A stretch of 64,000 nt of DNA from Elusimicrobiota bacterium (GCA_027319565.1 DAHVNA010000004.1:1-64000); one strand, 5' to 3'; counted from the first letter of the stretch, positions 50,358 to 59,738 are shown. Notes: a model not told the origin generated them from the sequence alone. A program made the numbers and translations.

Positions 50358-52440
50358 TTTTATTTAAGAAGGCCTCGTTGTTGGGTTCGCGTCCCAGGAA
50401 GTCTTTCATCGATTCCATTTCCGGCCGCTCGCTTCCCTGTTCAAGAATTTTTTTCCTGTAATCCATGCCGACCGCGGGGTTTAAAACGCCTTCTTTTTTA
50501 AAGCGGGAAAACATATCATCGGCAAAAACCTCCGACCACAGGTAAGAATAATATCCGGCTCCGTAGCCTCCCAAGAGATGCCCGAAGCTGGCGGCAAAGT
50601 GAGTGTTTTCTTGGGGCGGGAAAAGCCCGATCCAGCCCATGATTTGATTGAAAATCGTATTGACATCGCTGGGAACGGTCGCGTGGACGGCGAGGTCGGC
50701 CAGGGCAAAGGAAAGTTGCCGCAGGTAGGCCAAGGATTGTCCGAGTTTTTTAGAGCGCTTCATTTGCTTGAGAAATGGAGAGGGAAGTTTCTTTGAAGAA
50801 TCGCGGTAGTGGCCGGAGATATTTTTTAAAATCTTGGGTTCCCAAACGAAGTGTTCCATCATCTGGGAGGGAGCTTCGACAAAATCCAGGGCGACGTTAG
50901 AGCCGGCAAAGCTGGCGTATCTTGCCTTGGTCAGGGTTTGATGCATCAGATGCCCGAACTCGTGGAAAAATGTCTCCACCTCGTCGAAATTAAGTAGAGC
51001 CGGGCGATCGGAGCGCGGAGGGCTGAGATTGGCGACCATGGCCGCCACGGGGTTTTTATATCCATCCTTGAGTTCTCTTCCGTTGATTAAAGGAAAGGCC
51101 GCGGCATGTCCGAATTTTCCGGGACGAGGATAGAGATCAAGATAAAAATGCCCGATTCTTCCATTGGTTTTTGCGTCTCTGATTTCAAAGGCGCGAACGT
51201 CCTTGTGCCAAACATCGGGGTTTTGAATTTCAGAAAAACGAAGGCCTAAAATTTGTTGATAGCTTTTAAGCGTGCCTTCGACGACTTGATTGACCGGAAA
51301 ATATTCTTTTAATGAGCCCTCGTCTAATTGATTTTGGCTCTGATGCCATTTGCCGAGATAATAGCCTTTTTCCCATGAATGAACCTCTTGGGCCTCGGTA
51401 AAATCTTTTTTCTTGATTTTTAGAAGCTCTTTTAGTTCCGCGTCGCCCTTGGAGCGCAGAATCGGCAAGAGCCCGTTTAGAAAGTTCCAGACATTTTCGG
51501 GCTTCTCGGCCATACGGCCTTCAAGGGCCATTTCCGCATAAGAAGGATATCCTTGGGCCTTGGCCGATTCATCTCTGAGCTTGAGAGCTTCTTGGAGAAG
51601 GGGGATGTTTTTTTCGGCCGCGCGATTGTTGTATTTAAATTCGAGTTCTTTTCTGAGTTTTGAATTTTCGGCTTGCTGCATGAATGGGACGTAATCCGGA
51701 TATTTGAGGGTGACGATATATTTTCCATGGGCGTCTTTTTGAAGCCCGTCGACATAGTCTTGGGGGAGACCCTTGAGTTCGTCTCGGCTGACCGCGATAA
51801 AATCAGCGCTGTCGTTGATGTTTCTCTGAAATTCCATCGCGATTTGTCCTAAACGTTCCTCTATTTTGTTGAGTTTTTCCCTTTTATCCGCTGAGAGGCC
51901 TACCCCGCGAGACTGAAGGCTTTCAAGGCTGGTTTTAAGCAAAAGAGCGTCTTTGGAATCGAGATTCTCTTGTTTTTGAGCGCAGAGGCTTAAGGAGTTA
52001 TACAAGGCTTCGTAATCGACATTGGCATCGAATTTCTGGGCTTTTTCCTCGATTTGTTCCGCCGCCTGGCGAATTTGCGGATTGGGAGAAACCTGGCTTA
52101 AAAAAATCAGGGGCTGGATTTTGTCTGAATAGTCAGCGGAGGCTTCCTCCAAGGCTTTGGCGGTATTCTCAAAATTAATTTGATCTGGGGGAGTTGAGAT
52201 AATCTTTTGGATCTGGGTTTGATAGCGGGTTTCCGCTTCCTGATATTGCCCGAGCATTTCCTGGGGGCTTAGGAAAAAAGACAGTTCGGGCCCTGCCAGG
52301 GGGTGGTTGAGGGGTAAAGATTCGGAAGCGGGAACTTCTGACTCGCTTAAATTGGCGGCCATTAAAGCCGCGTTTTGGAAGACAAGCGCGGCAATGAGCA
52401 GCGAGAGAATTATTTTTTTGGCGCGAGAGTTTCTATTCAT
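50347..52440 (-). CDS. M3A metallopeptidase (thimet oligopeptidase-like) with N-terminal signal peptide
   Basis: FYLDLYPRPGK, FFHEFGHLMH, DFVEAPSQM.E, FGHL.GGY.AGYYSYLW, FLGREP. Confidence 0.93.
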   Translation of the reverse strand: MNRNSRAKKIILSLLIAALVFQNAALMAANLSESEVPASESLPLNHPLAGPELSFFLSPQEMLGQYQEAETRYQTQIQKIISTPPDQINFENTAKALEEASADYSDKIQPLIFLSQVSPNPQIRQAAEQIEEKAQKFDANVDYEALYNSLSLCAQKQENLDSKDALLLKTSLESLQSRGVGLSADKREKLNKIEERLGQIAMEFQRNINDSADFIAVSRDELKGLPQDYVDGLQKDAHGKYIVTLKYPDYVPFMQQAENSKLRKELEFKYNNRAAEKNIPLLQEALKLRDESAKAQGYPSYAEMALEGRMAEKPENVWNFLNGLLPILRSKGDAELKELLKIKKKDFTEAQEVHSWEKGYYLGKWHQSQNQLDEGSLKEYFPVNQVVEGTLKSYQQILGLRFSEIQNPDVWHKDVRAFEIRDAKTNGRIGHFYLDLYPRPGKFGHAAAFPLINGRELKDGYKNPVAAMVANLSPPRSDRPALLNFDEVETFFHEFGHLMHQTLTKARYASFAGSNVALDFVEAPSQMMEHFVWEPKILKNISGHYRDSSKKLPSPFLKQMKRSKKLGQSLAYLRQLSFALADLAVHATVPSDVNTIFNQIMGWIGLFPPQENTHFAASFGHLLGGYGAGYYSYLWSEVFADDMFSRFKKEGVLNPAVGMDYRKKILEQGSERPEMESMKDFLGREPNNEAFLNKIKE

Positions 52441-52447
52441 AACGTTT

Positions 52448-52491
52448 ATTATAGGCGAGTTTTATTGATTAGGTAAGGGGCATTGGACCTA
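52448..52491 (-). promoter_or_regulatory. Putative activator site (TAGGTCCAATGCCCCT) and TATAAT
   Basis: Minus-strand motif starts 38 nt before TATAAT, as at 30122. Confidence 0.5.
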
Positions 52492-52507
52492 AAGGCTGGC
52501 TAGGACT

Positions 52508-53632
52508 TTAGGGTAGGTTTTTGCTTAGCGCGTTTAGGCGCTCATCGGCCCTTGTCCATTCATCGTCCGCATGGGGGCCGACGACCGTGTAATGCCCCAT
52601 TTTCCGGCCAGGGCGGGCTTCTGATTTTCCGTAGAGGTGGACTTTGAGGCCTGGGATGCCCTCAAGCGCGTTCCAGTTCGGCTCGCCACCGCTCCAGATG
52701 TCTCCCAGTAAATTGACCATGACGGCGGGCCCTTTCATCGCGCAGGAGCCTAGCGGTAGGCCTCCAACGGCGCGCGCGTGTTGCTCGAATTGAGAGGTCT
52801 CGCAGGCTCCTAATGTGTAGTGGCCGCTGTTGTGCACGCGCGGAGCGATTTCGTTGACGAGCAACCGATCGTCCGGCAGGAGAAACATCTCCACCGCCAT
52901 CACTCCGACGTGGCCGAGAGTTTCCGCAATTGTAAGCGCGAGTTTCTCGGCTTTGAGCGCGGTGTCTTTCGTGATAGCAGCCGGCGCTCGGGTCATGTGG
53001 AGAATGCCGTTTCTGTGGATGTTTTCGGCGATAGGGTAAACGGCGACGCGTCCATCGCGGCCGCGCGCGAGGATGACGGAGATTTCTTTCTTGAATAAAA
53101 CGAGACTTTCCCAAACGCATGGCTCTTTCAGGACGTTGGCGGCTTTCGCGGTGTCGGCTGCGGAGTTAATTCGCGCTTGGCCTTTGCCGTCATAGCCGCG
53201 CGTTCGCCGTTTGAGGATGACCGGAAACGGAAGGTTTTCTGCCGACGCGGCTTCTCCATAGGGCGTTTGCGGAAAGCCGTATTCATCAAGGAATTTTTTT
53301 TGAACAAGTCTGTCTTGAATTTTCGCGAGGACCGACGGCGCGGGGAAAAGGGGTTTCATGCACGCGATTTCTTCCAGAACCGAGAGGGCGATCAGTTCCC
53401 ACTCAAGGGTGATGATGTCGCTTAATTGCGCCAAACGCCGCGCGGCGGAAATATCATCGACGGAGCCAACAATGGGAACATCCACAATTTGAAGCGCGGG
53501 AGAGTTTTTGTCCGCGTCAAGCGCGGCCGTTTTCCATCCGAGATTCTTGGCCGCCTGGGCGATGAACCGCCCGAGCTGTCCGCCTCCTAATATTCCCAGG
53601 GTTTTCCCGAAAGAGAGCGCTTCTTTTGTCAC
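52508..53632 (-). CDS. purK: N5-carboxyaminoimidazole ribonucleotide synthase
   Basis: [45 protein letters not shown]...PGRKMGH. Confidence 0.96.
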   Translation of the reverse strand: MTKEALSFGKTLGILGGGQLGRFIAQAAKNLGWKTAALDADKNSPALQIVDVPIVGSVDDISAARRLAQLSDIITLEWELIALSVLEEIACMKPLFPAPSVLAKIQDRLVQKKFLDEYGFPQTPYGEAASAENLPFPVILKRRTRGYDGKGQARINSAADTAKAANVLKEPCVWESLVLFKKEISVILARGRDGRVAVYPIAENIHRNGILHMTRAPAAITKDTALKAEKLALTIAETLGHVGVMAVEMFLLPDDRLLVNEIAPRVHNSGHYTLGACETSQFEQHARAVGGLPLGSCAMKGPAVMVNLLGDIWSGGEPNWNALEGIPGLKVHLYGKSEARPGRKMGHYTVVGPHADDEWTRADERLNALSKNLP

Positions 53633-54129
53633 GGGCTCAGACGGTCTTTGAGGACCGCGGCCGTTTGCCGCGCGCGGAAGGTTTTGACGCGGCGAGAAAG
53701 CTCGGCATTCGAGAGAGCGAGAATTTGAGCGGCGAGATGTCCGGCGTTGGCCGCGCCCGGTTCCCCAATCGCGAGCGTCCCGACTGCGACGCCGCGCGGC
53801 ATTTGTGCGATGGATAAAAGTGAGTCAAGCCCTTTGAGGGCTTTAGAAGCCACTGGGACGCCGAGAACCGGGAGAGTGGTTTTTGAAGCGGTCATGCCGG
53901 GTAAATGCGCAGCGCCTCCTGCGCCAGCGATAATGACTTTAATTCCGCGCGCCTCGGCTGTTGCGGCATAACGCATCAGCTTATCCGGCGTGCGGTGAGC
54001 GGAAATAATCGCCGCCTCGTAGGGCACCTCGTAATTTTTTAGAACCGCAGCCGCGGCCTTCATCGTTTTCCAGTCCGATTTTGATCCCATGATGATGGCG
54101 ACGAACGGCGTTTTTTTTAGGCGCTTCAT
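53629..54129 (-). CDS. purE: N5-CAIR mutase
   Basis: [42 protein letters not shown]. Confidence 0.97.
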   Translation of the reverse strand: MKRLKKTPFVAIIMGSKSDWKTMKAAAAVLKNYEVPYEAAIISAHRTPDKLMRYAATAEARGIKVIIAGAGGAAHLPGMTASKTTLPVLGVPVASKALKGLDSLLSIAQMPRGVAVGTLAIGEPGAANAGHLAAQILALSNAELSRRVKTFRARQTAAVLKDRLSP

Positions 54130-54130
54130 G

Positions 54131-54157
54131 CGAATTCCAGGGACAGCATACTTAATT
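54131..54157 (+). repeat. 27-bp junction repeat CGAATTCCAGGGACAGCATACTTAATT (copy 1)
   Basis: Identical to 58804-58830; one base from the purE start codon. Confidence 0.9.
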
Positions 54158-54208
54158 CAAATCCTTTTCGGCATCAGGAAACGTCATTCTACTATTTTCA
54201 CCGACCAA

Positions 54209-54265
54209 TCTCCCGTGCCACAGAAGATAAATCGCGGGATAGGCGAGAAGCTCCAAAATAAAGGA
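54209..54265 (-). pseudogene. cusA C-terminal remnant (SFILELLAYPAIYLLWHGR)
   Basis: Nearly identical in translation to the end of the intact CusA (SFILELLVYPAIYLLWHGR). Confidence 0.85.
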
Positions 54266-54333
54266 TCTCAAAAAATCGGCGCCCATTGTTGTTTGTGGAT
54301 GCGGGCGTTTTGCCGCCCCGCAACGGCACACTT

Positions 54334-54630
54334 TCATTTAATCTTTGGACCCCGCAGTTGTCCATCGATCAATTTAAGCAGTTGGTGGATTTGACTTCGT
54401 TTTTCGATAGGATGGCGGAGGTGCCGATCCGGATCAACGCGATAGCGATTTCGCCTTCCCTCTTTGATGACCGACAGATAGCCGCCCTCAATTAAGTCGG
54501 AGACGATGCGCTGTGTAGCTCGTTCGGTGATCCCAATGGCACGGGCCACGTCCTTGAGCCTAACGGCGGGGTCTGAGGCGATACAAAGAAGCGCGTGTCC
54601 ATGATTGGTAAGAAATGTCCATGCTTTCAT
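54334..54630 (-). CDS. Winged-helix transcriptional regulator (WTFLTNH subfamily)
   Basis: WTFLTNHGH.LL.I, DVA..IGITERATQRIVSDL...GY, GRRNRY. Confidence 0.9.
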   Translation of the reverse strand: MKAWTFLTNHGHALLCIASDPAVRLKDVARAIGITERATQRIVSDLIEGGYLSVIKEGRRNRYRVDPDRHLRHPIEKRSQIHQLLKLIDGQLRGPKIK

Positions 54631-54746
54631 TATAAGATTGTGTCATAAAACAAGCCGCACAAAAAATTTATTTTGCGGCCGATCGTATTATAACGTCAAA
54701 TTAACATCTCTGCGGGGCGGCGCCTGCCCGTCTTATAAATAGGACA

Positions 54747-54775
54747 TTTAAAACACGATAATATTATCGTATAAT
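54747..54775 (+). promoter_or_regulatory. icd promoter (TTTAAA-17-TATAAT) with a perfect 16-bp palindromic operator ACGATAATATTATCGT
   Basis: Palindrome at 54755-54770 fills the spacer and touches the -10; divergent from the wHTH gene. Confidence 0.75.
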
Positions 54776-54799
54776 AGCTGGAGTCTAAAGGAGGACACA

Positions 54800-56260
54800 T
54801 TGAATAACAAAACGCCTATCACCATCGCCTACGGAGACGGAGTCGGCCCGGAAATTATGGAGGCCACTCTTCGAATACTAGAGGCTGCCGGAGCGCTCCT
54901 TGAACCGGAGCGAATTCAGATCGGAAAGGAAGTTTATTCGCGGGGTTTTTCCGCGGGCATCGAGCCTTCTGCCTGGGAGTCTTTGCGGCGCACGAGGATT
55001 TTTCTTAAAGCTCCCATTATGACACCGCAAGGCGGAGGCTTTAAAAGTCTCAACGTGACCATTCGTAAGACCCTGGGCTTGTATGCCAATGTGCGCCCTT
55101 GCGCGGCGTACGCGCCGTTTGTCAGCACCCGGCATCCGCTAATGGATGTGGTGATAATTCGCGAAAACGAGGAGGACCTTTACGCAGGCATTGAGCACAG
55201 ACAGACCGACGAGGTGATTCAATGCCTGAAGCTCATCACGCGGCCGGGCTGCGAGAGAATTATACGATACGCCTTTGAATATGCGAGTTCCCATCATCGC
55301 TCGAAGGTGACCTGCATGACCAAGGACAACATAATGAAACTTACCGATGGATTGTTTCACGAAGTGTTCGGGGAAATCGCGGCGCAATATCCCGCCATCA
55401 AGAGCGAGCATATGATTGTGGATATCGGCGCGGCGCGGCTGGCTGATTCTCCCGAGCAGTTCGATGTCTTGGTTCTTCCAAACCTCTACGGCGACATTCT
55501 CTCGGACATCGCCGCCCAGATATCGGGCTCCGTGGGACTGGCGCCGTCGAGCAACATCGGCGAGAATGGAGCGATGTATGAAGCGATTCATGGATCGGCG
55601 CCGGACATTGCGGGGCGGGACCTTGCCAATCCTTCCGGACTATTGCTTTCTTCCGTGATGATGTTGGTTGATATCGGGCAACCGAAGGTCGCGGAGCGCA
55701 TTCATAACGCGTGGTTGAAAACCATTGAGGATGGAGTTCATACCGGGGATATGTTTACCGAAGGCCTAAGCGTTTGTCGAGTCGGCACGCGCGACTTTAC
55801 CAACGCAGTCATTGAGCGGCTGGGAGCGCTTCCCGAAAGACTCAAGGTTGCGAATTATTCAACCTTCGCCCCCTCCCGTTCCGCGCTCGCGGGAAAAAAA
55901 TGGGAACGTCAAGCGCCGCTGCGGAAAGATTTAGTAGGAGTGGACGTGTTTGTTCACTGGCGCAATGGCGCCCCGAACGATCTTGGAAAACTCCTGAACC
56001 AGGCGAGTAACGACGCCTTGAAACTCATCATGATCACCAATCGCGGGGTGAAGGTCTGGCCGGATGGGTTTCCGGAGACTTTCTGCACCGATCATTGGCG
56101 ATGCAGATTTGTTTCTCCGCAAAATGGGAAGAGCATCTCTCATCGTGATATCATCGGCCTGCTTGAGCGAGTCGAAAAGAGCGGACTAGATTTCATCAAA
56201 ACTGAGAATTTGTGTAATTTCGACGGCAAGCCTGGCTATTCATTGGGTCAAGGCCAATGA
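54800..56260 (+). CDS. icd: NADP-dependent isocitrate dehydrogenase (long form with C-terminal extension)
   Basis: GDGVGPEIM, LKAPI.TPQGGGFKSLNVTIRK, RENEEDLY, KDNIMK.TDG, NLYGDILSD, EAIHGSAPDIAG, C-terminal TFCTDHWRCRF; AAGGAGG RBS, TTG start. Confidence 0.93.
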   Translation: MNNKTPITIAYGDGVGPEIMEATLRILEAAGALLEPERIQIGKEVYSRGFSAGIEPSAWESLRRTRIFLKAPIMTPQGGGFKSLNVTIRKTLGLYANVRPCAAYAPFVSTRHPLMDVVIIRENEEDLYAGIEHRQTDEVIQCLKLITRPGCERIIRYAFEYASSHHRSKVTCMTKDNIMKLTDGLFHEVFGEIAAQYPAIKSEHMIVDIGAARLADSPEQFDVLVLPNLYGDILSDIAAQISGSVGLAPSSNIGENGAMYEAIHGSAPDIAGRDLANPSGLLLSSVMMLVDIGQPKVAERIHNAWLKTIEDGVHTGDMFTEGLSVCRVGTRDFTNAVIERLGALPERLKVANYSTFAPSRSALAGKKWERQAPLRKDLVGVDVFVHWRNGAPNDLGKLLNQASNDALKLIMITNRGVKVWPDGFPETFCTDHWRCRFVSPQNGKSISHRDIIGLLERVEKSGLDFIKTENLCNFDGKPGYSLGQGQ

Positions 56261-57120
56261 GAGAAAAAATCGGTCCTTATAATAAGCGAACCATTGCGCT
56301 CGCGACGAAACATCAAAAGCAGGAGGCGATAGCTCCCTCTTTCCAGCGGATCCTTGGAGCGTCCATCACAGTTCCGAAGGGAATTGATACCGACTTGTTC
56401 GGAACTTTTTCCGGTGAAATTGAGCGTGAGGGAACGATGTTGGAAACCGCTAGAAAGAAGGCGAGGTTGGCGATTAAAGTCAGCGGACTGCCCTTTGGGC
56501 TCGCTAGCGAAGGCAGCTTTGGGCCAGACCCTTCCTGTCCTCTTTTCCCGTGTGGAATAGAGTTGATTGTTTTTATTGATGACGAAAGAAAGATCGAAGT
56601 TGTGGAAAGTGACTTGACTGAAGAAACAAATTTCAGTTCCATAACGGCCGTTTCGGCCCGAGAGATCCATGATTTCTTGGAACACGTGCGTTTTCCTTCT
56701 CATCGCCTTGTTGTGTCGCCTGAGGGTAAAATGGATTTGAGTCTTTTGAAAAAAGGGATCGGTCGATTTTCTGAACTTGAGGAAGCTATTCAGGCCGCCG
56801 CTCGCGGATCTCCGACGGGAAAGGCGCTCATTGTGGCGGATATGCGCGCTCATATGAATCCGACTCGTATGGTTTGTCTCGAAAAATTGGCGGAAAAACT
56901 CGCTCGGCGTTTGGCTTCGCCCTGTCCCGTTTGCGGGGCTCCGGGGTGGGGGAGTGTCGGCGTTATCAAAGGGCTTCCCTGCGAGTCTTGCGGCTCTGAG
57001 ACAGAACTCGTCGTCCAAGAAATTTATGGCTGCGCCTCTTGCGCAACTCGCGAGAGTAAACCGCGTGGTGATGGGAAGATGTTCGCGGATCCAGGCGAAT
57101 GCCCGCGATGCAACCCTTGA
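56257..57120 (+). CDS. DUF6671-like protein with C-terminal Cys-rich zinc ribbon
   Basis: ATKHQK..AIAP, DTD.FGTFSGEIER, ASEGSFGP, DMRAHMNPTRM, CP.C..PGWG, C..CNP; family name recalled, not searched. Confidence 0.75.
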   Translation: MREKIGPYNKRTIALATKHQKQEAIAPSFQRILGASITVPKGIDTDLFGTFSGEIEREGTMLETARKKARLAIKVSGLPFGLASEGSFGPDPSCPLFPCGIELIVFIDDERKIEVVESDLTEETNFSSITAVSAREIHDFLEHVRFPSHRLVVSPEGKMDLSLLKKGIGRFSELEEAIQAAARGSPTGKALIVADMRAHMNPTRMVCLEKLAEKLARRLASPCPVCGAPGWGSVGVIKGLPCESCGSETELVVQEIYGCASCATRESKPRGDGKMFADPGECPRCNP

Positions 57121-58100
57121 GTCCGGGGGCGATCATCCGCGCTGACGCCCGGAACATCCGGCGCGCGGCGGATATCCTGCGCGCTGGCGGGCTTGTCGCG
57201 TTTCCGACCGAAACCGTTTATGGCCTTGGCGCGAGCGCTTTGGACAGCGCGGCCGTTCGCCGGATTTATCATGCTAAGGGCCGTCCCTCTGACAACCCGC
57301 TCATCGTTCATGTTGATGGCGAAGATATGCTTGCGCTTGTTGCCCGCCGCGTGCCGCCGCTTGCGCGGCGTCTGATCGCCGCATTTTGGCCAGGGCCGCT
57401 AACGCTTGTGCTTGAGAAGGCTGAGCGCGTTCCTCTATCCGTTACCGCTGGGTGCCGAACCGTCGCCGTGCGTTGCCCCTCTCACCCGGTCGCGCGGGCG
57501 TTGATTCACGCGCTTGGAGAGCCCATAGCCGCTCCCTCGGCCAATCGATCGGGGCGCCCCAGTCCGACAACCGCCGCGCATGTCGCCAACGATTTAGGTC
57601 AAAGAGTGGCCCTGATACTTGATGGCGGGCCGTGTCGCTTTGGCCTTGAGTCTACGATCATCGATGCACGAGGTCAAAGTCCAGTCTTATTGCGTCCGGG
57701 AGCGTTGTCGCCTGAAGGAATCTCGCGCATTGCCAATGCTCCCTTGGTTTCCTGTGGCCGCGCGGCTCCGCCTTCGCCCGGAACACGCCATCGTCACTAC
57801 GCGCCATTGTGCCACGTCAAGCTCGTCTCTCCCTCAGCCGTGCGCTCCGGTCTTATCCCGGGTTTGGGGCCACGAGACGGCTTGCTTCACTATTCACGCT
57901 GGGGCGGTTTGCGCCCAGCTTTCCTTCCGGCCTTTGTGCAGCGCGTGTCGGCGGGTCCCGCGGCCTATGCGCGCGGCCTTTTCGCCGCTTTGCGCGCCGC
58001 AGAAAAGGCGGAAGTTCAAACGCTGTTTGTCGAGACCTTGCCCGAGCGAGGCATTGGTCGCGCGATTATGGATCGATTGCGCCGCGCGGCCGAACGCTGA
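57099..58100 (+). CDS. sua5: L-threonylcarbamoyladenylate synthase, Sua5 type
   Basis: VAFPTETVYGLGA, AKGRPSDNPLIVH, WPGPLTL, AAPSANRSG.PSPT, GLESTII, SPG...RHYAP, C-terminal SUA5 domain (AIMDRLRRAA). Confidence 0.95.
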   Translation: MPAMQPLSPGAIIRADARNIRRAADILRAGGLVAFPTETVYGLGASALDSAAVRRIYHAKGRPSDNPLIVHVDGEDMLALVARRVPPLARRLIAAFWPGPLTLVLEKAERVPLSVTAGCRTVAVRCPSHPVARALIHALGEPIAAPSANRSGRPSPTTAAHVANDLGQRVALILDGGPCRFGLESTIIDARGQSPVLLRPGALSPEGISRIANAPLVSCGRAAPPSPGTRHRHYAPLCHVKLVSPSAVRSGLIPGLGPRDGLLHYSRWGGLRPAFLPAFVQRVSAGPAAYARGLFAALRAAEKAEVQTLFVETLPERGIGRAIMDRLRRAAER

Positions 58101-58158
58101 CGTTCTCTCAAGAAACTAGGCCAAAGTAAGTTTTGTGTTCTTAGAGATTCCTGGAATT

Positions 58159-58803
58159 TTATTGTCCATCAACATCCCGCCCATGCCATAGAAGATAGAT
58201 CGCGGGATAGACGAGGAGTTCCAGGATAAATGAGGTGAAAAGACCGCCGACCATGGGGGCGGCGATTCGCTTCATGACGTCTGCGCCCGTTCCGGTCGAC
58301 CACATGGCCGGAAGAAGTCCCAGAAACGCGCAAGCGACCGTCATCATTTTTGGGCGCAGACGCTTGGCCGCGCCGTCATGAATCGCTTCTTTAAGATCGG
58401 CTTGCGTGTTAAGACGTCCGGCGGCGGCGCGCGCTTGTTTTTCGAGATTGAGATAGAGAAGCATGAAAATGCCCGTTTCGGCGTCAAGCCCTAAAAGAGC
58501 GATAAACCCTACCCAGACCGCGACGGAGAGATGATATCCCAAGAGCCACAACAGCCAAATCGCTCCGACTGCCGAGAACGGCACCGCGACTAAGACGATT
58601 CCCGCTTCAATCCAGGAGCCTGTGTTAAAGTAGAGAAGCAATACGATCAGCAAAAGAGCGAGCGGGCCGATGATGAGGAGCCTTTTCTCGGCTTTTTTCA
58701 TCTGTTTATACTGTCCGCTCAATTCATAACGATAGCCCGAAGGAAAAGTGACCGATTTCGCAATGGCCGCCTTGGCCTTTTGGACGTAACCCCCGATATC
58801 GGA
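58159..58803 (-). pseudogene. 5'-truncated duplicate of the last ~640 bp of cusA
   Basis: Collinear with 59790-60431, mostly synonymous differences; homology ends exactly at the 27-bp junction repeat. Confidence 0.92.
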
Positions 58804-58830
58804 CGAATTCCAGGGACAGCATACTTAATT
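58804..58830 (+). repeat. 27-bp junction repeat (copy 2)
   Basis: Identical to 54131-54157. Confidence 0.9.
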
Positions 58831-58894
58831 TAAATTCAGATCCCAGGCCCCATAAGATCGGCAATGTCGAGATGAAAATCCCGATGGATGCCAC
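58831..58894 (-). pseudogene. 64-bp internal fragment of a diverged cusA (VASIGIFISTLPILWGLGSEF)
   Basis: Aligns without gaps to 61268-61324 (LLTLPLLWRLGSEF), 42/57 nt identical by hand count. Confidence 0.75.
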
Positions 58895-58952
58895 AATTTC
58901 GGGGACAGACTTAATTCAAAAAATCGGATGAATTAATGATCCCCTGATCCCC
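58895..58952. repeat. Degenerate junction repeat (copy 3) plus a partial inverted copy
   Basis: AATTTCGGGGACAGACTTAATTCAAA (58895-58920), then TGAATTAATGATCCCCTGATCCCC (58929-58952). Confidence 0.65.
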
Positions 58953-59039
58953 ATAGGTCACGGTCTTGGCGCGAAGCGTGCCAGCTGACATAAGAACGCA
59001 AGAGAGAGCGCTTAAAAATATTTTTCGTTTCATTTTCAT
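58911..59039 (-). pseudogene. 5' stub of a secreted protein, cut off by the junction repeat
   Basis: GGAGA RBS; MKMKRKIFLSALSCVLMSAGTLRA signal peptide; the frame runs into the repeat and stops after 42 aa. Confidence 0.6.
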
Positions 59040-59063
59040 GATTTATTCTCCGGTTCAAAATAT

Positions 59064-59492
59064 CTACATGTCCTTAAAAACCTGGGCGCCGCCGAGGCTT
59101 CCTTGATAAATCAAGAGCGCGACCAGGAGCAATCCTAAAAAAAGATAGCCTGCGGCGGGCCGCCGGTTTCGTTTATAGAAATACGCGCGCCAAAGGGCTA
59201 GGGCAGGCACCAGCAGAGCGAGCGAGGTTCCAAGCCACTTGTGGATCATCATCCCCTGCACGCCCACGTCGTCCTTCATCCAAAAGAGCCAGCCTGTCAG
59301 CGCGGTCAAAGGCGTCACGGCGGCGACGTAGAGCATCGTCCACCAGCCGACTTCATTGAAAGATTTCCGCCCCGACCATCTTTCCAGAAAGTCGCTGCCG
59401 ATGGAAACCGGAACCAAGGCCGTCGTGAAATTGACCAGGATCGGATGAATCTTATACTGCATGACCAGATGAGCCAGCATGATTTTTAACAC
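59064..59492 (-). CDS. DUF2231-like membrane protein
   Basis: IHPILVNF, A.TGW, HKWLG, YQG.LGG; AAGGAGG RBS and GTG start. Confidence 0.8.
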   Translation of the reverse strand: MLKIMLAHLVMQYKIHPILVNFTTALVPVSIGSDFLERWSGRKSFNEVGWWTMLYVAAVTPLTALTGWLFWMKDDVGVQGMMIHKWLGTSLALLVPALALWRAYFYKRNRRPAAGYLFLGLLLVALLIYQGSLGGAQVFKDM

Positions 59493-59581
59493 TATTTTTC
59501 CTCCTTATGGTAGCGCCACTTCCAGACGGTGTAGATGGCAGGGTAGCTCAGAAGCTCCATGATGAAGAAAATGAAGTTGCC
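59492..59581 (-). pseudogene. C-terminal remnant of a diverged cusA (GNFIFFIMELLSYPAIYTVWKWRYHKEEK*)
   Basis: Matches GLFTSFILELLVYPAIY of the intact CusA; its TAG overlaps the GTG of the DUF2231 gene. Confidence 0.75.
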
Positions 59582-59604
59582 GAGAGTCATTGATGATCCG
59601 CTCA

Positions 59605-59738
59605 CATCACTCCGGCAATCCCTAAGCCGGAGTCCAGACTCTCAGAAAGCCTACCACTGGCCGCTCCCCAACAGACTTTGGAAGCGGCATTTCCTCGGCT
59701 TATGCCTCGGTCAGATTCCGGCGTTCGCCGGAATGACG
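59605..59738. repeat. REP-like bipartite palindrome enclosing a copy of the cusA leader element
   Basis: CATCACTCCGGC..GCCGGAGTCCAG ... GATTCCGGCGTTCGCCGGAATGAC; interior 59658-59712 matches 63013-63064. Confidence 0.7.

Noticed and set aside
56248..57018. 256-aa minus-strand ORF (and similar shadow ORFs such as 4796-5329, 4854-5390, 9979-10569)
   Set aside because: Antisense or out-of-frame shadows of well-supported genes, with no recognisable motifs.
54131..58920. CRISPR array from the 27-bp repeats with a 64-bp spacer-like insert
   Set aside because: Only three copies, spaced 4.7 kb and 64 bp apart, one degenerate; no cas genes or leader in the window.
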